Made by a program: the position numbers and the translations under genes
The notes under the pieces: generated by a model
Seen by the model: the letters and a program-made list of their open reading frames with translations, nothing else
The model's database searches: none
Told to the model about the DNA's origin: nothing
DNA from: an uncultured Actinomycetota bacterium
GTDB taxonomy: Bacteria; Actinomycetota; Actinomycetes; Mycobacteriales; Mycobacteriaceae
NCBI GenBank assembly: GCA_963698965.1
Contig: CAVOSY010000037.1
Location: 55,141-119,140, forward strand
Reading direction: 5' to 3'
Length of the DNA stretch: 64,000 nt
Part shown: positions 58,677-64,000 of the stretch, piece by piece
Position numbering within the stretch: position 1 is the first letter of the stretch
How the letters are laid out: the number at the start of each line of letters is the position of its first letter

Positions 58677-59264
58677 TCACGTCCACGGCCGCAGCGCGAC
58701 GGCCGTCGCGCGCTGCAATCGTGCCCGTACCACGTCCGGATCGTGTTCGTCGCGGAGCAACACCTCGAGGGCGCCCGCGATCGCACCGACGAACGCCCCG
58801 ACCAACGCCGCGGCCTCGACCTCGTCCAGCTCGTCGGGGAACGCGGCGTGCAGCCGAGCCGCGATCTCCGTTTGCGCGTCGAGCTGCCGCTGAAGACCGT
58901 GGCCCCGCACGGACGGAACCGACCTCACGAACCGTAGTCGCAGCGCTGCCATCGGCCCGACCAGGTCATCGCCGGCGTCACCCAGTTCGCCCAAGGCGCG
59001 CAACAGAACCTGCGTCGGCTGTTCGCCTGCTCGGCGCTCGTCGATCGCGGTCAGCGCCGCGTTCACCCGCGCATCGGCGTCGGGGAACAACACCTCCTCC
59101 TTGGACGCGAAGTAAGAGAAGAAGGTGCGGGTGCTGACGTCCGCGGCGGCCGCGATGTCGGCGATCGTGGTGCCGTCGTACCCGCGGCGCTCGAACAGCT
59201 CCGCGGCGGCGTCGATCAGGGCCTGCCGGGTGCGGACGCGCTTGCGCTCACGCAGTGACGACAT
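58677..59264 (-). CDS. TetR/AcrR-family regulator
   Basis: SLRERKR, TIADIAAAADVSTRTFFSYF. Confidence 0.93.
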   Translation of the reverse strand: MSSLRERKRVRTRQALIDAAAELFERRGYDGTTIADIAAAADVSTRTFFSYFASKEEVLFPDADARVNAALTAIDERRAGEQPTQVLLRALGELGDAGDDLVGPMAALRLRFVRSVPSVRGHGLQRQLDAQTEIAARLHAAFPDELDEVEAAALVGAFVGAIAGALEVLLRDEHDPDVVRARLQRATAVALRPWT

Positions 59265-59280
59265 GACCGGACCCTATCGC

Positions 59281-59327
59281 GAAACTGCAAGTTTTCTGCA
59301 CTCATTGTAATTTTTCACTTGGTGAAA
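59281..59327. promoter_or_regulatory. TetR-type operator candidates in divergent promoter
   Basis: TTTCAC-TTG-GTGAAA (59313-59327) and related imperfect palindromes. Confidence 0.45.
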
Positions 59328-59341
59328 CTAGGCTTGCGTGC

Positions 59342-60508
59342 ATGCGGAAGGCATTGATCTCCGGCGCGGGCATCGCCGGTGCGACGGCCGCGTATTGGCT
59401 GGCCAAGGCGGGTCTCGAGGTGACGGTCGTGGAACAGGCGCGGGACATGCGATCCAGCGGCAACCCGGTCGACGTCCGTGGACCGGCAGTCGAGGTCGCC
59501 GAGCGGATGGGGGTCATGGCGCGGATCCGCGCCGCCGACACGTGCGTGCGCGACATGGTCGTCGTCAACGCCCGCGGACGAGTGATCAGTCGCGTCAACA
59601 TGCGCACCACCTGGGCTGACTCCGGCGACGTCGAGCTGTCCCGCGGCGAACTCGCAACGATCCTGCGCGATGCGGCACCGGACGAGGTGGAGTTTCAGTT
59701 CGGCAACTCGGTGCAGGCGCTCGCACAGGACGCGGACGGGGTCACGGCCGAGTTCGTCTCGGGGCCCGCGCGCCGGTTCGACGTCGTCGTCGGCGCCGAC
59801 GGTGCGCACTCGGGTGTGCGGGCGTTGGCGTTCGGGCCGGAGGACGAATTCGTCAAGCACCTCGGGGTCTACGTCGCAACGCTGCCGCTGGACGGCGAGA
59901 CCGGAACGGACCTCGTCATGTACAACACGCCGGGTCGAGCCGTGGCCATCCACCCGGCGGGTGGCCACCCGGGCGCGGCATTCATGTTCCTCGCACCGCA
60001 AATCCCCCAGTTCGACTACAAGGACATCGACCAGCACAAGCGCCTGCTGTGCGACGCGTACGCCGGGGCGGGGTGGCGGGTGCCCGAACTGCTGGAGCGG
60101 GTGCGGGTCGCCGAGGACCTGTACTTCGACTCGGTCAGCAGGATCCAGGTGCCGACGTGGTCCCGCGGGCGGATCGCCCTCGTCGGTGACGCCGCGTCGT
60201 GTGTCTCGTTGTTCGGCGACGGCTCCAGCCTGGCCATGACGGGGGCGTTCACCTTGGCCGATGCGCTCGGTGACGACGTGTCGGCCGGTCTGCGCGCCTA
60301 CGAGGCCCGGCATCGTCCGCAGCGCGCGGCCAAGGAGAACTCCGTGGCCTACGCGACGCGGATCCTGATCCCCGCCACCTCTGCGGGCATCGCTGCCCGC
60401 AATTTCGCCATGCGCCTGATGCCGCTGGCCGCGACGGCGCAGCGCGTCTCCGCACGGAAACCGGCAATATTGGCCGAAACGGTATTCCGGCACAGAAAGT
60501 CCGAGTAG
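59342..60508 (+). CDS. FAD-dependent monooxygenase
   Basis: GAGIAG, DVVVGADGAHS, VGDAASC. Confidence 0.92.
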   Translation: MRKALISGAGIAGATAAYWLAKAGLEVTVVEQARDMRSSGNPVDVRGPAVEVAERMGVMARIRAADTCVRDMVVVNARGRVISRVNMRTTWADSGDVELSRGELATILRDAAPDEVEFQFGNSVQALAQDADGVTAEFVSGPARRFDVVVGADGAHSGVRALAFGPEDEFVKHLGVYVATLPLDGETGTDLVMYNTPGRAVAIHPAGGHPGAAFMFLAPQIPQFDYKDIDQHKRLLCDAYAGAGWRVPELLERVRVAEDLYFDSVSRIQVPTWSRGRIALVGDAASCVSLFGDGSSLAMTGAFTLADALGDDVSAGLRAYEARHRPQRAAKENSVAYATRILIPATSAGIAARNFAMRLMPLAATAQRVSARKPAILAETVFRHRKSE

Positions 60509-60553
60509 CGGCCTGCTGGAATACAGTTTCGTGGAGACCCGTTTGGAGGATCG

Positions 60554-61576
60554 ATGACAACTGCCAACTCTGTGCCCGCTGTCCAGCTGGGCGACGAATT
60601 ATCTGTCAGCGCAATCGGCTTCGGCGCCATGGCGTTGACGCCCGTGTACGGCGAGGTCGACGACACCGAGTCGCTGGCCACCCTGAACCACTGCATCGAC
60701 ATCGGTGTCACGTTCATCGACACGGCGAACGTCTATGGCGGCGGAAACAACGAGAAGCTGATCTCCAAACTGCTCGCCGATCGCCGCGACGAGGTCACAC
60801 TTGCCACCAAATTCGGCATCGTCGGGAATCCCGCCGACCGTGCCGCAGGCGCGCCACTCACCGCACGCGGCGATGCCGCGTACGTTCGCGAGAGCATCGA
60901 TGCGAGCCTGCAGCGATTGCAGACCGACTTCGTCGACCTGTACTACATGCACCGCCGCGATGTGTCGGTGCCGATCGAGGAAACCGTCGGCGCCATGGCC
61001 GAGTTGGTGGCCGCGGGCAAGGTCCGTCATCTCGGACTGTCGGAGGTGACGGCCGAAGAACTTCGGGCCGCCGTTGCCGTCCATCCGATCTCCGCTGTGC
61101 AGAGTGAATGGTCGATCTGGAGCCGCGACGTCGAAAGCAACGTCGTGCCCACGGCAGCCGAACTGGGCGTCGGCTTCGTGCCGTATTCACCGCTGGGACG
61201 CGGATTCCTGACGGGCACGGTCACGTCCACGGCCGATCTTCCGTCGACCGATTTCCGGCGCAACATGCCGCGATTCAGTGAGGGCGCGCTGGACGCCAAC
61301 CTCGCCGTGGTGGAGCTGGTGAAGTCGGCGGCCGCCCAGCAGGATGCGACGCCCGCACAGGTGGCACTGGCGTGGCTGCGCTACCGCGCCGACGCGCTCG
61401 GCGTGGCGTCGGCGCCGATACCCGGCACTCGGCGCGCCACCCGCGTCGACGAGAATCTCGCGTCGGTGAAGGTGAACCTGACCGCCGCACAACTCGACAC
61501 ACTCAATGCCGCGGCAGACGCGGTGTCCGGAAACCGCTTCCATGACCTGAGCTGGATCTCGGCCGGACGCGAGTAG
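60554..61576 (+). CDS. Aldo/keto reductase
   Basis: IGFGAM, IDTANVYG, DLYYMHR, GLSE, QSEWS, YSPLGRG, PIPGT. Confidence 0.94.
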   Translation: MTTANSVPAVQLGDELSVSAIGFGAMALTPVYGEVDDTESLATLNHCIDIGVTFIDTANVYGGGNNEKLISKLLADRRDEVTLATKFGIVGNPADRAAGAPLTARGDAAYVRESIDASLQRLQTDFVDLYYMHRRDVSVPIEETVGAMAELVAAGKVRHLGLSEVTAEELRAAVAVHPISAVQSEWSIWSRDVESNVVPTAAELGVGFVPYSPLGRGFLTGTVTSTADLPSTDFRRNMPRFSEGALDANLAVVELVKSAAAQQDATPAQVALAWLRYRADALGVASAPIPGTRRATRVDENLASVKVNLTAAQLDTLNAAADAVSGNRFHDLSWISAGRE

Positions 61577-62296
61577 TCAGTCCGGCTGCGGTCGCGTCAC
61601 GCGAAGGGCGATGGCCGCGTCGTCGAACTGCGCGGCCTGCGCGCTTATTCGGCTGATTTCGCTCGGGCGCTTGAGCAGCCCGCGCACGGCGATGGTGGCG
61701 ACCTGCTCGCCGACCCGGATCGCCTCGTCGGCTCTGTCGCCCTGATCCGTATGCAGCCGGGTGCGCTTTTGCGCGCCTTCGTCGAAGTTGAGCAGTAGTC
61801 CCGCGGTCTCTTCGCGGTCGCACTCGATGAACTTGCCCTCGCTGATCGCCGCGCCGATGAGATCGACGACCCAGTCCTTCAGTCGTTCGTAATCCGTCCA
61901 GAACTGGTGGAATTCGGTGCGCTGGTCATGTGCGATGCGCTGGATCTCGTTGAAGTCGATCGGTGAGAGCGCCAGCTGCATGGTGTCGAACCGCAGCAGC
62001 CGGTACAGCTTGACCGCGGGCGAACCCGAGCCGGCACCGACGTCGGCGATGAACTTCAGTGGCGCCCGGTTTACCAGGAGGGTCTCCTGCAACAGCTGTT
62101 CCTTGTTGCGGAACCAGTAGTACAGCGAGGACTGCTGCAGACCCGACGCCCTGGCGATATCGCTCATCGTCGTTTGGGCATAGCCCTTTTCGGAGAACAG
62201 CCTGGTTGCCGCGTTGACGATGTCGGCGCGGGGTGACGTCGTCGGCGCGGTGGCGGTGTTGTTACGCGGTCGTCCGATGGCCTGGATCTTAGCCAA
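61577..62296 (-). CDS. TetR/AcrR-family regulator
   Basis: TTMSDIARASGLQQSSLYYWF; TTG start overlapping upstream stop. Confidence 0.88.
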   Translation of the reverse strand: MAKIQAIGRPRNNTATAPTTSPRADIVNAATRLFSEKGYAQTTMSDIARASGLQQSSLYYWFRNKEQLLQETLLVNRAPLKFIADVGAGSGSPAVKLYRLLRFDTMQLALSPIDFNEIQRIAHDQRTEFHQFWTDYERLKDWVVDLIGAAISEGKFIECDREETAGLLLNFDEGAQKRTRLHTDQGDRADEAIRVGEQVATIAVRGLLKRPSEISRISAQAAQFDDAAIALRVTRPQPD

Positions 62297-63038
62297 CCGG
62301 CGGCTTCTCACTGTGAGCGCGTTCGACGAGGTCACGTGCCGCGGCGACGACGTCGCGCCACAACTCGAGCCCCATCGACTTCGACGCACGCGACGGGTAT
62401 CCGGTGACCCCGTTGGTGGAGACATGCTGCACCGCATAGCGGAAGACGGTGCCCTCGGTGCGGTCGGGATCGTCGGCATCGCGCATCTTGTCGGTGTCGA
62501 CGAGCTCGGGGCGCAGCACGAGCATGATCGACGTCTCCGCCGCGTTCGCATGCCAGTCGGCCGCGTCCTCGGTCGCCCGCCGCGCGATGTCGGGGGTCAG
62601 ATCCCACCATTGCACCACGCCGACGCGTAGGTCGGGAAAGTCCCGGCGAAAGCGATCGCACGCGATCCACAGCGCGGCCGCGTTGCCGACGTGACCGTTG
62701 ACGAACAGCAGCCGTCGGAAACCCGAGTCCACACACGCCTCGGCGACCAGTCCCGCCGTCGCGGCCGTCTCCTCACCGGAGAAGGCGACCGTGCCCGCCT
62801 TCCGGGTGCCGTGAAAGAAGCTGGCGCCGAATGGGAGTGGCGGAAGTACGACCGCCACCGTCGCCGCCGCCGCTTCGGCGAGCGCCGTCGCGATGATGGT
62901 GTCGGTGCCGACTGGAAGATGCGGACCGTGTTGTTCGGTCGCTCCGACCGGTATCAGCGCCACGCAGTCGGGGTCAGCGGCCAGGCGGTCGGCCAGCTGC
63001 GCAGACGTCAGCTCTTCCCACAGGTGGCTCATGGTCAC
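62289..63038 (-). CDS. Creatininase/MftE-family amidohydrolase
   Basis: PVGATEQHGPHLPVGTD, VNGHVGN, DWHANAAETS, GVTGYP. Confidence 0.9.
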   Translation of the reverse strand: MTMSHLWEELTSAQLADRLAADPDCVALIPVGATEQHGPHLPVGTDTIIATALAEAAAATVAVVLPPLPFGASFFHGTRKAGTVAFSGEETAATAGLVAEACVDSGFRRLLFVNGHVGNAAALWIACDRFRRDFPDLRVGVVQWWDLTPDIARRATEDAADWHANAAETSIMLVLRPELVDTDKMRDADDPDRTEGTVFRYAVQHVSTNGVTGYPSRASKSMGLELWRDVVAAARDLVERAHSEKPPVG

Positions 63039-64000
63039 CAGAACCTCAGGTAGCGTTCGGTCTCCCATTCCGACACATGCGCGGTGTAGCCGTCCCACTC
63101 GGCCCGCTTCTCAGCAACGAACGACTCGTACATCGCGTCACCGAAGACCGAGCGCACCAGCGGGTCGGCCTCGAGAGCATCGATCGCCTCACCCAGCGAC
63201 CTTGGTAACCAACCGATTCCGCGCGCCAACAGGTCGGGTTCGGTGAGCCGGTAGAGGTTGTCCCGGTTCGGCTCCCCAGGATCGAGTCCCTCGCGGATAC
63301 CCTCGAGTCCCGCGGCCAGCATGAGCGCGCCACCGAGGTAGGGGTTGTTGGCACTGTCGGCGGCGCGGCATTCGACGCGCCCGCCACCCTTCGGGATGCG
63401 CAGCATGTTCGTGCGGTTGTTATCTCCATAGCACGCGAACACCGGCGCCCACGTCAGCCCGGACATGCTGCCCTGCTTCACGAGCCGCTTGTAGCTGTTG
63501 ACCGTCGGCGCGATGACCGCGCAGATGGCGTGCGCGTGCCGCAGCACACCGGCGATGAACTGGTAGCCGAGCGTGGTGAGCCCACAGCCCCGCGGGTCAT
63601 CTTCCGCCGCAAAGAGGTTGGTGCCCGAGTCGTCGGCCAGCGACATGTTGTAGTGGGCGCCGCTGCCCGTGCGGTCGGCGAACGGTTTGGGCATCCATGA
63701 TGCGAACAGACCGTGTCTGCGGGCGATTTCGCCGACCATCATTCGGAAGAACACCAGGCGGTCCGACATGGACACCACGTTCGTGTAGGCGAAGTCAGTC
63801 TCGAACTGGCCGTTGCCGTCCTCATGATCGAACGAGTAGACATCCCAACCCAGCTCGTTCATTGCGGACACGATCTCGTCGACCACCGGATAGTTGTGCA
63901 GCATTGTGCGCAGGTCGTAGCACGGCTTGTCGAGATTGTCGTCGGGGCTGGCGGGGCCGGGGGTCTCGGTGTCGGTGAGCAGGAAGAACTCGGTCTCGAT
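63035..64000 (-). CDS. Glutamine-synthetase-family ligase (type III/GlnT-like), 5' part outside window
   Basis: ETEFFL, DHEDGNGQFE, MPKPF...GSGAH, NSYKRL, NRTNMLR, ECRAAD. Confidence 0.88.
   Translation of the reverse strand: METEFFLLTDTETPGPASPDDNLDKPCYDLRTMLHNYPVVDEIVSAMNELGWDVYSFDHEDGNGQFETDFAYTNVVSMSDRLVFFRMMVGEIARRHGLFASWMPKPFADRTGSGAHYNMSLADDSGTNLFAAEDDPRGCGLTTLGYQFIAGVLRHAHAICAVIAPTVNSYKRLVKQGSMSGLTWAPVFACYGDNNRTNMLRIPKGGGRVECRAADSANNPYLGGALMLAAGLEGIREGLDPGEPNRDNLYRLTEPDLLARGIGWLPRSLGEAIDALEADPLVRSVFGDAMYESFVAEKRAEWDGYTAHVSEWETERYLRFW

Overview
GC-rich mycobacterial (Mycolicibacterium-like) chromosomal segment, syntenic with the M. tuberculosis era-ybeY-phoH-rsmE-dnaJ2-hrcA ... hemW-sirA-cysH-che1 ... 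cysA-cysW-cysT-subI ... trehalase-lppR-lepA region and carrying several accessory blocks. I found no rRNA, tRNA, CRISPR array or IS element. Main observations: (1) phoH carries a 359-aa Ala-start intein with the class-3 W/C/T signature and a LAGLIDADG endonuclease. (2) A frameshifted mbtG 3'/mbtH 5' scar lies where the mycobactin cluster normally sits. (3) A sulfur-starvation region (about 30-51 kb) holds two leaderless poly-Cys sORFs (a third precedes sirA at 16.7 kb), a family 2A encapsulin with its cysteine desulfurase, a Cys-free thioester-domain-like protein and organosulfur-type monooxygenases. Its proteins, including several with no annotated sulfur role, are almost devoid of Cys and Met. 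(4) A 10-kb alpha-galactoside locus may route galactose via tagatose-6-P to fructose-6-P. (5) A SigL-like sigma factor is paired with an anti-sigma that has lost all zinc ligands. All assignments come from motif recognition by eye; no database searches were run.
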